From contig JAZOLZ010000030.1 in NCBI GenBank assembly GCA_045653505.1, positions 21,805-85,804 of the forward strand: a stretch of 64,000 bases of DNA, given 5' to 3'. This document shows, one piece after another, positions 43,969-53,646 of this stretch. The stretch's first letter is position 1. The number at the start of each line of letters is the position of its first letter. Below the pieces are notes generated by a model, which was not told where the DNA came from, did no database searches, and worked only from the letters and a program-made list of their open reading frames with translations. The position numbers were made by a program, and so were the translations under genes. This DNA is from Eubacteriales bacterium. GTDB taxonomy: Bacteria > Bacillota > Clostridia > Oscillospirales > CAG-272.

Positions 43969-45144
43969 TTACTGAGCCACATGCGATTCAAGAGCAAGAT
44001 CAATCTCCTCACCGTTCAAGAACGCCTTTATTACCTTGCCGCCCGATGCCTCAATGTAAAGTTCATATTCATTGCCGTTTTTAAGCGAAAGTTCTACCTC
44101 AATAACAGCGCCGTTTTCATCTTTCTTAAGTTCTATTTCAAGATCGTCAAGTTCGGAAATTTCTGCATCTACGTACTCAAGCGCCTTATCAAGTGCCTCC
44201 TTGTTGCTTATGATTTTATCCTTAACGGCGCCGATAATATTACCGAATATATCCTCGAACTTATCCTTTAAGCCGCCTATTGCGGACTCGTAGTCAAAAG
44301 GCTCGTATTCATCAGTTTCCTTTTCAAGTATCTGACCGTTAATTGCATCGATTTCGTATTCGTACTCGGTTTCACCGTATGCGAAGTTTACCTCCCATAC
44401 CATTTTACCGCCTTCTCTATCCATACGTACAAAATCATAAATAAGTTCTACGTCATCAAGTTGTGCATCTGCCAGTGCTAAATCAAGAGCATTTTTGGGA
44501 GAGATATATTTATCGATAAGAACCTCGCCGTGCTTGTGGAATTCTCCCTTAATCTCATCTCTTAAGCCGTCAAACATAATATTGAGGTCGTTTACATCGA
44601 GATTTTTGAGTTCTTCCTTAGTAAGTGTGGGATATTCCTCTCTTATTGCCTCTATCAACTTTGCCCTGCCTACCGAGATGTCCATCTCAGCAGCAAAGGC
44701 TTTAAGCTCTGCAGTTGCCTCACGCACGTCCTGAGCGATGATTGACGCAACCTTTTGGTGCTTTGCAAACACTTCATTTATCTTATTATTAATCTTTTCT
44801 TCAATATCCTCTTTTGATATCTTCTCATACGAAACAAGAACTGAGTTTGTATCCTCAAGGTATCCCTTTTCAAAGATCTTTTCAATAACCTGATCAACCG
44901 CTGCCTCATAATCAAGACCGTCTACCTCAAGGGATGCTACGATATCCTCGCCGTCTTCATTAGTTGCCTCAACCGAAACAACCTTATTATCAGCATCAAC
45001 GCGGATACGCAAGCCGGGATTAACGTCAAGAGTAAAAACGTCTGTGCTGTCATCCTGTGGGTCTATACCACCGGGGGCGCAACCAACAAGAGCAGTCAGC
45101 GCCATTGAAAGAATAAGTAATGTTGATATTAAAAGTTTTTTCAT
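43969..45144 (-). CDS. Lipoprotein with two PepSY-like domains, paralog of the anti-sigma ectodomain
   Basis: ORF 43969..45198 trimmed to ATG 45144 (MKKLLISTLLILSMALTALVGC, lipobox). PepSY-like units ISPKNALDLALADAQ...VWEVNFAYGETEYEYEIDAINGQIL and ISNKEALDKALEYV...IEVELSLKNGNEYELYIEASGGKVI. Confidence 0.7.
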   Translation of the reverse strand: MKKLLISTLLILSMALTALVGCAPGGIDPQDDSTDVFTLDVNPGLRIRVDADNKVVSVEATNEDGEDIVASLEVDGLDYEAAVDQVIEKIFEKGYLEDTNSVLVSYEKISKEDIEEKINNKINEVFAKHQKVASIIAQDVREATAELKAFAAEMDISVGRAKLIEAIREEYPTLTKEELKNLDVNDLNIMFDGLRDEIKGEFHKHGEVLIDKYISPKNALDLALADAQLDDVELIYDFVRMDREGGKMVWEVNFAYGETEYEYEIDAINGQILEKETDEYEPFDYESAIGGLKDKFEDIFGNIIGAVKDKIISNKEALDKALEYVDAEISELDDLEIELKKDENGAVIEVELSLKNGNEYELYIEASGGKVIKAFLNGEEIDLALESHVAQ

Positions 45145-45282
45145 TTTTTGTTTTCCTTTCGTATTTTTTTGAAAAAGCTTTTTGGCTCTTACACACAATA
45201 AACAACCGACAAAGGCATTTTATTGCAAGGATTTTTGAAAAAACCGAAGATTTTAGAAAAATGACCGAATAAAGAGTAATTA

Positions 45283-45311
45283 TTGACACGAAAATGCCTT
45301 TATGTTAAATT
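45283..45311 (+). promoter_or_regulatory. Candidate promoter of the LytTR operon, overlapped by one arm of an 11-bp inverted repeat
   Basis: TTGACA (45283-88), a 17-nt spacer, then TAAATT (45306-11). The spacer contains AAAATGCCTTT (45291-45301), which is the inverted partner of AAAGGCATTTT (45211-45221). Confidence 0.5.
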
Positions 45312-45344
45312 AAAACTGACCGGTCGATCATAAAGGAGAAAAAC

Positions 45345-45779
45345 ATGAAATGCACAGTTATTATTGATAAAGAAAGAGAGGAGGAGGTAATTGTCTACGC
45401 AAAGGAAGAAAATGAAACTGTAAAAAAAATAAAGGAACTCTCAGAGCAAAATGAGCAGTGCATCATAGGCTATGGGGATGGCGAAATACTACCTCTTGAT
45501 ATAAGCCGGATCTACCTCTTTACAACAGAGGCGGGCAAAATATACGCAGTTATGAAAAACAAAAAATACCGCATAAGAGAGCGCCTATACGAGCTTGAGG
45601 GAATATTGCCCGACAATTTTATAAAAATCAATCAGTCAACTCTTGCGAATACGATGCTGATAAAGCGCTTTGACGCATCTGTGCTGGGGTGCTTAACGGT
45701 TGAGTTTAAAAACGGATACCGCGACTACGTTTCACGACGGCAGATGAGGGCGGTAAAGGAAAAATACGGAATTAAATAA
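45345..45779 (+). CDS. LytTR-domain DNA-binding protein (no receiver domain)
   Basis: 144 aa. C-terminal LytTR-type sequence (FIKINQSTLANTMLIKRFD...LTVEFKNGYRDYVSRRQ). RBS AAAGGAGAA. Confidence 0.75.
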   Translation: MKCTVIIDKEREEEVIVYAKEENETVKKIKELSEQNEQCIIGYGDGEILPLDISRIYLFTTEAGKIYAVMKNKKYRIRERLYELEGILPDNFIKINQSTLANTMLIKRFDASVLGCLTVEFKNGYRDYVSRRQMRAVKEKYGIK

Positions 45780-45789
45780 GGAGAGCACT

Positions 45790-46206
45790 GTGAATAATAA
45801 ATATTTTAAGAGTTTTTTGATGAGGGGTCTTGTTTTTTCAGGCCTTGGGCCTATCGTTTTGGGTATAGTTTATTTTATCCTCGGACTTTGTATTAACGAC
45901 TTTAGCCTGAGTGGAACCGAGGTGCTGCTCGGTATTATATCTACCCATCTTTTGGCCTTTGTGCAAGCGGGAGCAAGCGTGTTTAATCAGATAGAAGAGT
46001 GGCCGCCGGCAAAGAGCCTCGGCATACATCTTTTCTCCCTGTACGCAGTATACTCGATATTTTATCTTGTAAACTCATGGATACCCTTTGATATCGGTGT
46101 ATTTATCATATTTACGCTGATATTCCTCATAGTATATTTTGCAATATGGCTTACCGTTTATTTTATTGTAAAAGGCGTATCCAAAAGGATAAATGAGAAA
46201 ATTTAA
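45790..46206 (+). CDS. Four-TM membrane protein partnered with the LytTR regulator (DUF3021-like)
   Basis: 138 aa, GTG start after AAGGAGAG, four hydrophobic segments. The LytTR plus small membrane protein pairing is a known two-gene module. The DUF assignment is from memory. Confidence 0.6.
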   Translation: MNNKYFKSFLMRGLVFSGLGPIVLGIVYFILGLCINDFSLSGTEVLLGIISTHLLAFVQAGASVFNQIEEWPPAKSLGIHLFSLYAVYSIFYLVNSWIPFDIGVFIIFTLIFLIVYFAIWLTVYFIVKGVSKRINEKI

Positions 46207-46210
46207 GCAA

Positions 46211-46243
46211 AAAAGACCGAGAATTTTCTCGGTCTTTTTGTTT
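46211..46243 (+). terminator. Terminator of the LytTR operon
   Basis: Stem AAGACCGAGAA/TTCTCGGTCTT followed by TTTGTTT. Confidence 0.85.
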
Positions 46244-46271
46244 AATGATTTATACCAAAAGCTGACAAGGC

Positions 46272-46500
46272 GGGCAAACAGATTTTAGGTGGAAATCTCC
46301 GTTCTTCACACCGATAGGCGTACAGGCGTACGACGAGGTGTGAAAACGGAGATAGAATAAAAAACTAAATAAAATCCGAAGAAAACCGTAGGTTTTCAAC
46401 CTTAGTATCATTTTTATTTTGATCAAACAAAGAGGTACTTTGTCATATAACAAAGCACCTCTTGTTTTTTATTCGGTTACGCCAAAATATGAAAGCCCGG
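46272..46500 (+). ncRNA. Unclassified structured repeat element, copy B
   Basis: Homologous to 14747-14982 (same conserved blocks). Regular central hairpin 46296-46352. 7-bp stem GAAAACC/GGTTTTC. 3' hairpin 46428-46464 plus a T-run. Confidence 0.5.
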
Positions 46501-46501
46501 T

Positions 46502-47167
46502 TTAATTTATAAGCGTTACCATAACAAACAGTCCGATCGCTATCGCAAGCAGTACGGCTGCCGATATAAGCGAGATTAAGGTGTTTGTTTTGGTGTTTTG
46601 GGCTTTGGTGTCATTCTCATCCGTATGCATAAGCCTTGCGCGCTTTAAGGCGCTTAAAACGGGCTTATAAAGGGCTAAGGTTATTGCAGAGTTAAAGAGG
46701 TACTTTGCAAAGTTAAATGGCAAAAGTAACGTTGGTATCATTTGTACCACAGCACCCGAAGAAACGCCCGTAATGTAAAGCGGAGTTATCAAAATGTTCA
46801 TTATCATCATCACTGCGGTGGTTAGCACCGTTGCGACTCCGAGAGATAAAACTGCACCCCACATCTTGCGCATACGCATATAAACGAGCGATGCGCTAAG
46901 GGCATAAACGGCACTTGAAACAAAGTTCATAAGCGCGCCATATGGGCCTGTGCCGCTTGGAATCATCTCAATAAGTGAGAGGATAAAACTCGATACAACG
47001 CCTGCAATCGGGCCAAAGATAAATGACTCTATAATAAGCACCGCCTCCTTTGCGTTAAAGGACAGGTGCAAAATTTCTATCTTAAAAAAACTTATTACGT
47101 AAGCAAGCGAGATAAACAGCGCAACACCCACAAGGGTGCGCGTATCGTATTTTTGATTTCTTTTCAT
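46502..47167 (-). CDS. ribU: ECF transporter S component, riboflavin-specific (RibU) by riboswitch association
   Basis: ORF 46502..47170 trimmed to ATG 47167 after AGGAGA. About 6 TM segments. Directly preceded by an FMN riboswitch. Confidence 0.8.
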   Translation of the reverse strand: MKRNQKYDTRTLVGVALFISLAYVISFFKIEILHLSFNAKEAVLIIESFIFGPIAGVVSSFILSLIEMIPSGTGPYGALMNFVSSAVYALSASLVYMRMRKMWGAVLSLGVATVLTTAVMMIMNILITPLYITGVSSGAVVQMIPTLLLPFNFAKYLFNSAITLALYKPVLSALKRARLMHTDENDTKAQNTKTNTLISLISAAVLLAIAIGLFVMVTLIN

Positions 47168-47198
47168 CAACTTTTCTCCTATTATAATATATAGGGAG

Positions 47199-47369
47199 AA
47201 AAAACAAAAAATCCCCCTTAAAGCATTATTGCCAAAAGGGGAAAATTATGTTAATTCTTTTCTCATCCGGACTTTACCGTCGGTCAAGGAATTGCACCTT
47301 GTCGTGGAGCAAAGGTTTGCTCCTCGCAGACTATACTGCCGGTATGGAATTGCACCATTCCCCAAAGAA
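47199..47369 (-). promoter_or_regulatory. FMN riboswitch (RFN element) with terminator expression platform
   Basis: Minus strand 47369->47255 reads TTCTTTGGGGAATGGTGCAATTCCATACCGGCAGTATAGTCTGCGAGGAGC...GACAAGGTGCAATTCCTTGACCGACGGTAAAGTCCGGATGAGAAAAGAA. This matches the RFN core (GGTG.AATTCC, ACCGGCGGTA-like, CCGACGGTAAAGTCCGGATG) with a closing P1 TTCTTT/AAAGAA. It is followed by stem CCCCTT/AAGGGG plus a T-run (47241-47199) and an anti-SD TCTCCC. Confidence 0.85.
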
Positions 47370-47381
47370 TTTTTTAGTTTA

Positions 47382-47415
47382 GAAAACTCTGATGCGCACG
47401 CGCATCAGAGTTTTC
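47382..47415. terminator. Perfect 16-bp palindromic hairpin downstream of tuf (putative tuf terminator)
   Basis: GAAAACTCTGATGCGC-AC-GCGCATCAGAGTTTTC. The T-rich run is on the plus-strand side. On the tuf (minus) strand the stem is followed by TAAACTAAAAAA, so the assignment as an intrinsic terminator for tuf is tentative. Confidence 0.55.
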
Positions 47416-47451
47416 TTGTTGTATTTTATTTTAACAAATATTCGTTAAAAA

Positions 47452-48648
47452 TTAGCCCTGGATTTCAGCAACTACGCCTGAACCAACTGTACGGCCACCC
47501 TCACGGATAGCGAAACGGAGACCCTTTTCGCAAGCGATGGGGGAGATAAGCTCAACGTTCATGTTAACGTTGTCGCCGGGACGGCACATCTCAACACCTT
47601 CAGGAAGGTTGATGATACCGGTAACGTCAGTTGTTCTGAAGTAGAACTGAGGTCTGTAACCGGAGAAGAAGGGCTTGGAACGGCCGCCTTCCTTCTCAGT
47701 AAGAACGTAAACCTGACCAAGGAACTTGGTGTGGGGCTGGATTGAACCGGGCTTAGCAAGAACCTGGCCTCTTTCAATCTCGTTCTTAGCAACACCACGA
47801 AGAAGGAGACCTACGTTGTCACCTGCTTCAGCGCTGTCCATGAGCTTGTGGAACATCTCGATACCTGTTACAACAGTGGATCTCTTGTCCTCAGTAAGAC
47901 CTACGATCTCAAGAGTATCAGCCATCTTAACTGTACCACGCTCTACTCTACCTGTAGCAACTGTACCACGGCCTGAGATTGAGAATACGTCCTCAACAGG
48001 CATAAGGAAGGGGAGGTCAGCCTTTCTGTCAGGAGTAGGAATGTATGAGTCAACAGCGTCCATGAGTTCCTTGATGCAAGCGAACTCAGGAGCATCAACA
48101 CCGTTATTTGAGGTAAGAGCCTCACGAGCAGAACCACGAACGATCGGAATGTCGTCGCCGGGGAAATCATACTCGCTAAGGAGTTCTCTGATCTCCATCT
48201 CTACGAGGTCAAGAAGCTCTTCGTCAGCGATATCGCACTTGTTCATGAAAACAACGATTGCGGGAACGCCTACCTGACGAGCAAGAAGAACGTGCTCTCT
48301 GGTCTGTGCAAGAGGGCCGTCTGTACCTGCAACAACGAGGATTGCGCCGTCCAACTGAGCAGCACCGGTAATCATGTTCTTAACGTAGTCAGCGTGGCCG
48401 GGGCAGTCAACGTGAGCGTAGTGACGGTTAGCAGTTTCGTACTCAACGTGTCTGGAGTTGATTGTGATACCACGAGCTCTTTCCTCGGGGCAGTTGTCGA
48501 TCTGGCTGTAATCAAGGAACTCTGAGCCGTTGATAAGGGAGAGAGTCTTTGTGATAGCAGCAGTAAGAGTGGTCTTACCATGGTCAACGTGACCGATAGT
48601 ACCAATATTAACGTGGGGTTTGGTTCTTTCAAATTTTGCCTTTGCCAT
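47452..48648 (-). CDS. tuf: Elongation factor Tu
   Basis: 398 aa, [33 protein letters not shown]... Confidence 0.98.
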   Translation of the reverse strand: MAKAKFERTKPHVNIGTIGHVDHGKTTLTAAITKTLSLINGSEFLDYSQIDNCPEERARGITINSRHVEYETANRHYAHVDCPGHADYVKNMITGAAQLDGAILVVAGTDGPLAQTREHVLLARQVGVPAIVVFMNKCDIADEELLDLVEMEIRELLSEYDFPGDDIPIVRGSAREALTSNNGVDAPEFACIKELMDAVDSYIPTPDRKADLPFLMPVEDVFSISGRGTVATGRVERGTVKMADTLEIVGLTEDKRSTVVTGIEMFHKLMDSAEAGDNVGLLLRGVAKNEIERGQVLAKPGSIQPHTKFLGQVYVLTEKEGGRSKPFFSGYRPQFYFRTTDVTGIINLPEGVEMCRPGDNVNMNVELISPIACEKGLRFAIREGGRTVGSGVVAEIQG

Positions 48649-48738
48649 TTTTGAAAATCCTCCTAAAAATATTTCTTTTTTAATTATTTTTTTATTATTC
48701 TAAAAACTGCCAAAGCAGTAAATTAGTAGGTGGTACGC

Positions 48739-50859
48739 TTATTTAGCGCGAGCCTTTACGATCTCATCCTGGATGGACTTAGGCACATCCTGGAAGCCGC
48801 TGGGCTCCATTACATACACTGCACGGCCCTGTGAACGAGAACGGAGTGCTGTTGCATAACCGAACATCTGTGCAAGAGGAACGTAAGCGTAAATTCTCTG
48901 AGTACCGGGGCCGATCTGCTCCATAGATTCGATCTGACCGCGGCGAGAGTTAATGTCACCGATAATATCGCCCATGTAGTCATCGGGTGTTGTTACAGAA
49001 ACCTTCATGATAGGCTCAGTAAGAACGGGATCTGCCTTTCTCATAGCCTCCTTGAATGCCATTGAACCGGCAATCTTGAACGCCATTTCTGAAGAGTCAA
49101 CCTCGTGGTATGAACCGTAGGTAAGTGTAACCTTAACGTCAACTACGTTGTAGCCTGCAAGTACACCGGCCTGCATTGCGCCCTGGATACCTGCGTCAAC
49201 TGCGGGAATGTATTCCTTAGGAATAACACCACCGGTAATAGCGTTAACGAACTCATAGCCCTTGCCTGTCTCGTTAGGCTCAACGGTAATTCTAACATGA
49301 CCGTACTGACCCTTACCACCTGACTGACGAGCATACTTTGTATCCTGCTCAACTGCCTTACGGATAGTCTCCTTATAAGCAACCTGAGGTGCGCCGATGT
49401 TTGCCTCAACCTTGAACTCACGAAGAAGTCTGTCTACGATAATTTCAAGGTGTAACTCACCCATACCTGCGATAATGGTTTGTCCTGTCTCTTCATCGGT
49501 ATAGGTTCTGAATGTGGGGTCCTCCTCCGCAAGCTTTGAAAGACCAATACCCATCTTCTCCTGTCCTGCCTTTGTCTTAGGCTCAATAGCCTGACGGATA
49601 ACGGGCTCGGGGAATACCATGCTCTCAAGAATAATAGGATTCTTTTCGTCACAGAAGGTGTCACCTGTTGTAGTGTGCTTTACACCAACAACCGCTGCGA
49701 TATCACCTGCGTAGCAAACGTCAATATCCTCTCTATTGTTAGCATGCATCTGAAGAATACGGCCGAATCTCTCGTCTGCATCCTTAACAGAGTTGTATAC
49801 AGCAGTACCCTTTTGTACGCTTCCTGAATAAACACGGAAGAAGCAAAGCTTACCAACAAACGGGTCTGTCATAATCTTGAATGCAAGAGCCGAGAAGGGC
49901 TCATCATCACTTGCGTGACGCTCGTCCTCTGCACCTGTATCGGGGTGTACACCCTTGATAGCAGCGATGTCAGTAGGAGCGGGCATGTACTCAATGATGT
50001 TGTCAAGCAACTTCTGTACGCCCTTGTTTTTGTAGGATGTACCGCAGCAAACGGGAACGATAAGGTTGTCAATCGTAGCCTTACGAAGTGCAGCCTTAAG
50101 TTCTGCTACTGTGATCTCCTCCTCGTTGAAGAACTTATCCATAAGAGAATCGTCAGTCTCGCAGATAGACTCTACCATCTTTGCGCGGTATTCCTCTGCA
50201 AGATCCTTCATGTTCTCGGGAATTTCCTCAACTCTCATATCCTTACCAAGATCATCATAGTAAATGTCAGCCTTCATCTCCATAAGGTCGATGATGCCGC
50301 GGAATGATGACTCAGCACCGATGGGCAGCTGCACGGGAACTGCGTTAGCGTGAAGTCTGTCCTTAATCATTTTAACAACGCGATAGAAGTCTGCACCCAT
50401 AATGTCCATCTTGTTGATGTAAGCCATTCTGGGAACTCTATACTCGTTAGCCTGATGCCATACGGTCTCAGTCTGGGGCTCAACACCACCCTTAGCGCAA
50501 AGTACTGTAACAGAACCGTCAAGTACTCTAAGTGAACGCTGTACCTCTACTGTGAAGTCAACGTGGCCGGGAGTATCGATAATATTTACACGGTACTTGT
50601 TCTCTTTAGCCTTTTCAGGATCATTCTGGAACTCGGTGGGTACCCAGTAGCAGGTTGTTGCAGCAGAGGTAATTGTGATACCTCTCTCCTGTTCCTGTGC
50701 CATCCAGTCCATTGTTGCAGAACCGTCGTGTGTTTCTCCTATGCGGTGAGTTTTACCGGTATAGAAAAGGATACGTTCAGTTGTGGTTGTCTTACCGGCG
50801 TCAATGTGTGCCATGATACCGATATTTCTCGTATGTTCAAGTGAATACTCTCTTGGCAT
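48739..50859 (-). CDS. fusA: Elongation factor G
   Basis: 706 aa. G1 motif AHIDAGKTT. Conserved str-operon position. Confidence 0.97.
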   Translation of the reverse strand: MPREYSLEHTRNIGIMAHIDAGKTTTTERILFYTGKTHRIGETHDGSATMDWMAQEQERGITITSAATTCYWVPTEFQNDPEKAKENKYRVNIIDTPGHVDFTVEVQRSLRVLDGSVTVLCAKGGVEPQTETVWHQANEYRVPRMAYINKMDIMGADFYRVVKMIKDRLHANAVPVQLPIGAESSFRGIIDLMEMKADIYYDDLGKDMRVEEIPENMKDLAEEYRAKMVESICETDDSLMDKFFNEEEITVAELKAALRKATIDNLIVPVCCGTSYKNKGVQKLLDNIIEYMPAPTDIAAIKGVHPDTGAEDERHASDDEPFSALAFKIMTDPFVGKLCFFRVYSGSVQKGTAVYNSVKDADERFGRILQMHANNREDIDVCYAGDIAAVVGVKHTTTGDTFCDEKNPIILESMVFPEPVIRQAIEPKTKAGQEKMGIGLSKLAEEDPTFRTYTDEETGQTIIAGMGELHLEIIVDRLLREFKVEANIGAPQVAYKETIRKAVEQDTKYARQSGGKGQYGHVRITVEPNETGKGYEFVNAITGGVIPKEYIPAVDAGIQGAMQAGVLAGYNVVDVKVTLTYGSYHEVDSSEMAFKIAGSMAFKEAMRKADPVLTEPIMKVSVTTPDDYMGDIIGDINSRRGQIESMEQIGPGTQRIYAYVPLAQMFGYATALRSRSQGRAVYVMEPSGFQDVPKSIQDEIVKARAK

Positions 50860-50886
50860 TGAACTTTATCTCCTTTAGTATATCGA

Positions 50887-51450
<564 letters not shown>

Positions 51451-51498
51451 CTATTTTTCTACAGCACGTGAGCACATAAAGTCCATAAGTCGTACCTC

Positions 51499-51912
51499 TT
51501 ACTTCTTAGGACGTTTTGCTCCGTACTTGGAGCGGCCCTGCTTACGGTTAGCAACACCCTGAGTATCAAGTGTACCACGAATAATGTGATAACGTACACC
51601 GGGCAAGTCACGAACACGTCCGCCACGAATAAGAACAACTGAGTGCTCCTGAAGGTTGTGACCGATACCGGGGATGTAAGATGTAGCTTCCATACCGTTG
51701 GTAAGTCTTACTCTGGCAATCTTACGAAGAGCTGAGTTAGGCTTCTTGGGTGTTACGGTTGTAACCTTGGTGCAAACGCCTCTTTTCTGCGGTGCGCTAA
51801 GGTCTGTTGCAGTGTTCTTGAGAGCGTTGAAACCTCTCTGAAGCGCGGGAGTCTTTGACTTGTACGCTTTGTCCTGACGACCTTGTTTAACGAGCTGGTT
51901 AAAGGTTGGCAT
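51499..51912 (-). CDS. rpsL: 30S ribosomal protein S12
   Basis: 137 aa, [12 protein letters not shown]...KKPNSALRK... Confidence 0.97.
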   Translation of the reverse strand: MPTFNQLVKQGRQDKAYKSKTPALQRGFNALKNTATDLSAPQKRGVCTKVTTVTPKKPNSALRKIARVRLTNGMEATSYIPGIGHNLQEHSVVLIRGGRVRDLPGVRYHIIRGTLDTQGVANRKQGRSKYGAKRPKK

Positions 51913-52037
51913 TTTCTTCCTCCTTCTTCAAAAAATAGTAGCTTTATATACAAGCGGCCAACATGCGGCACGAGTATATCAAAATTATACTTTCGGCAAA
52001 TGGGCATAGATAGCCCTACTACCTCAAAATACACCTT

Positions 52038-52066
52038 ATTGTATCATCTAAAGATATCTTTGTCAA
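52038..52066 (-). promoter_or_regulatory. Sigma-70 type promoter of the rpsL-rpsG-fusA-tuf operon
   Basis: Minus strand reads TTGACA (52066-52061), a 17-nt spacer, then TACAAT (52043-52038). Leader of about 125 nt. Confidence 0.65.
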
Positions 52067-52120
52067 TAGTTTTTAAAAAAATTATTGACTGATTTTAAAT
52101 ATTTTATATATAGATATAAT

Positions 52121-52154
52121 AAAAATAGAGACCTTAGCAGATACCAAGGTCTCT
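52121..52154 (-). terminator. Terminator after the glycosyltransferase gene
   Basis: 9-bp stem AGAGACCTT/AAGGTCTCT, followed on the minus strand by ATTTTTATT. Confidence 0.75.
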
Positions 52155-52174
52155 TTATATATTAATTACGTTGT

Positions 52175-53293
52175 TCAGGAATCTTTCTTCTTAAAGATAC
52201 TGAATATCTTTTTAATAAATCTTACATTCTGCAGTTTGTTCTTGATTACCTCAATGCTGATAGTATCGGCGTGCTTTTTAACATACTGCTTGTAGTTAAA
52301 CATCTCAAGGGCGGCAACAAAACCGAACACTTCCTTCTCATCAAAGTCTGCCTCAGTCTTTTCAAGCCAGTCAAGTTCCTTAAGATTCTGACGCAAAAGA
52401 TTATAGAAATCGTCCTTTTTGTCCTTAGGCAGAATATTGAATATCTTATAGCAACGTGACGCAGAAAGGTTTAAGAAGCCGTAGGAAAGGGGCGCATACA
52501 TGCCGTTATGCACCAAAAATTCCTTTATCGCGCAGTAAACTACAGGCACCTGTGAATGGTATTTGCCAAAGGTCTTTGCCCTCTCCTGCTGATTGTGAAT
52601 TCTGTGGTGGAGCAAAATTTCCTGCACCTTACCCACCCTCTCTGCGTATGCAAGAGAGCAGATGGTAAAATACACGTCCTCAAAGGTGCGTACGTCGGTA
52701 AGGAACTGCAGTTTTTTGTCCACGACAAAGTTTTTCCTGAAAAGTTTATTCCAGGCAGAGCCCGTAGTAGACTGGAATATCTCGTTGAACCAGTCGCTCT
52801 TGGACACAACTCTTGCCTCAAGGAAGATATCCTCCTTGGGGTTTTTAACACGCTTTTCAAACTTAGCGGTCTTGCTGTTATAAATGTCGTAATCGCTTAT
52901 AGCAATATCAAGCTCATCCGCCTTTGCCGCATTATAAAGCTTTTCAAGCAGCTCGGGAGCAAAGAAATCGTCTGCATCAAGAAATGCAAGATACTCACCC
53001 CTTGCCCTTTCAATACCCCTGTTACGTGCAACGGCAGGACCTGCGTTTGCCTCTGTGAGTATGCGCACGCGTGGGTCACTCTTCTGATACTCCTTGATTA
53101 TATCAAGAGAGCGGTCTGTAGAGCCGTCCTCAACACAAATAAGCTCAATATCTGTAAGTGTCTGTGTAAGAACCGAATCAATAGCAACGCGCAGATAGTC
53201 ATACGCATTGTAAATCGGCATAATAACCGATACCTTAATATTTTCTTTTATATCAACCTGTATATCATTAACCTGGATCTGCTGATTATCCAT
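52175..53293 (-). CDS. Family 2 glycosyltransferase
   Basis: 372 aa. N-terminal GT-A motifs VSVIMPIYNA, VEDGSTDRS, FLDADDFF. Confidence 0.88.
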   Translation of the reverse strand: MDNQQIQVNDIQVDIKENIKVSVIMPIYNAYDYLRVAIDSVLTQTLTDIELICVEDGSTDRSLDIIKEYQKSDPRVRILTEANAGPAVARNRGIERARGEYLAFLDADDFFAPELLEKLYNAAKADELDIAISDYDIYNSKTAKFEKRVKNPKEDIFLEARVVSKSDWFNEIFQSTTGSAWNKLFRKNFVVDKKLQFLTDVRTFEDVYFTICSLAYAERVGKVQEILLHHRIHNQQERAKTFGKYHSQVPVVYCAIKEFLVHNGMYAPLSYGFLNLSASRCYKIFNILPKDKKDDFYNLLRQNLKELDWLEKTEADFDEKEVFGFVAALEMFNYKQYVKKHADTISIEVIKNKLQNVRFIKKIFSIFKKKDS

Positions 53294-53549
53294 AGTTTTC
53301 TCCCCTTTGCCCGCGCCAAATATAAATAAATGTAAAGGGCGCGGTGTGCCTTATCAAATTATCCACATTGTAGCACAGAATAAAAAAAATGTCAATATCT
53401 AGTATTAAATCGGCTTTTGCTACCCCAAAAACCCTTAAAAAAGTCAACAAATGTAGGGAAAAAAGCAGAAAATAAAGATGTTCGCTTTGCTTATTAATGA
53501 TATCGTTTGCGTTGCCCACTAATATAAAATTCATTAGGAGTTTTACTCC

Positions 53550-53617
53550 GTCATCATTAACGAAGTGTCATCATTAGTACCTTTAGGCACGTCATCATTA
53601 ACAAAGTGTCACCATTA
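53550..53617. repeat. Direct repeats GTCA(T/C)CATTA x4 (two 27-bp units) between the rpoC terminator and the GT2 gene
   Basis: GTCATCATTAACGAAGTGTCATCATTA (53550-76) and GTCATCATTAACAAAGTGTCACCATTA (53591-617), differing at 2 positions. Confidence 0.85.
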
Positions 53618-53646
53618 AAAAAAGGCTCCGCTCGGGAGCCTTTTTT
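53616..53646 (-). terminator. Terminator after rpoC (bidirectional architecture)
   Basis: A-run, stem GGCTCC/GGAGCC with a 5-nt loop, then T-run. On the minus strand the stem is followed by TTTTTTTT. Confidence 0.85.

Noticed and set aside
52556-53329. Long antisense ORFs inside housekeeping genes, for example 257 aa opposite the GT2 gene, 239 aa (59751..60470) and 203 aa (58446..59057) opposite rpoB, 183 aa (47726..48277) opposite tuf, and 186 aa (32940..33500) opposite the GH3 gene
   Set aside because: These are shadow ORFs of strongly supported genes. They have low-complexity or odd composition, no RBS and no recognisable motifs.
53359-53367. Perfect DnaA box TTATCCACA upstream of the GT2 gene, and the AT-rich spacer next to rpmH (36851-37124), as possible oriC
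   Set aside because: There is only a single box, with no cluster, no dnaA gene and no adjacent DnaA-trio/DUE arrangement. The strand orientation of flanking highly expressed operons is inconsistent with an origin at either place.
53286-53534. 82-aa minus-strand ORF overlapping the GT2 start
   Set aside because: Its start codon is buried in the GGAGT/ACTCC hairpin. The sequence is hydrophobic and low-complexity, and it overlaps the repeat/leader region. It is more likely a non-coding 5' region. It cannot be fully excluded.
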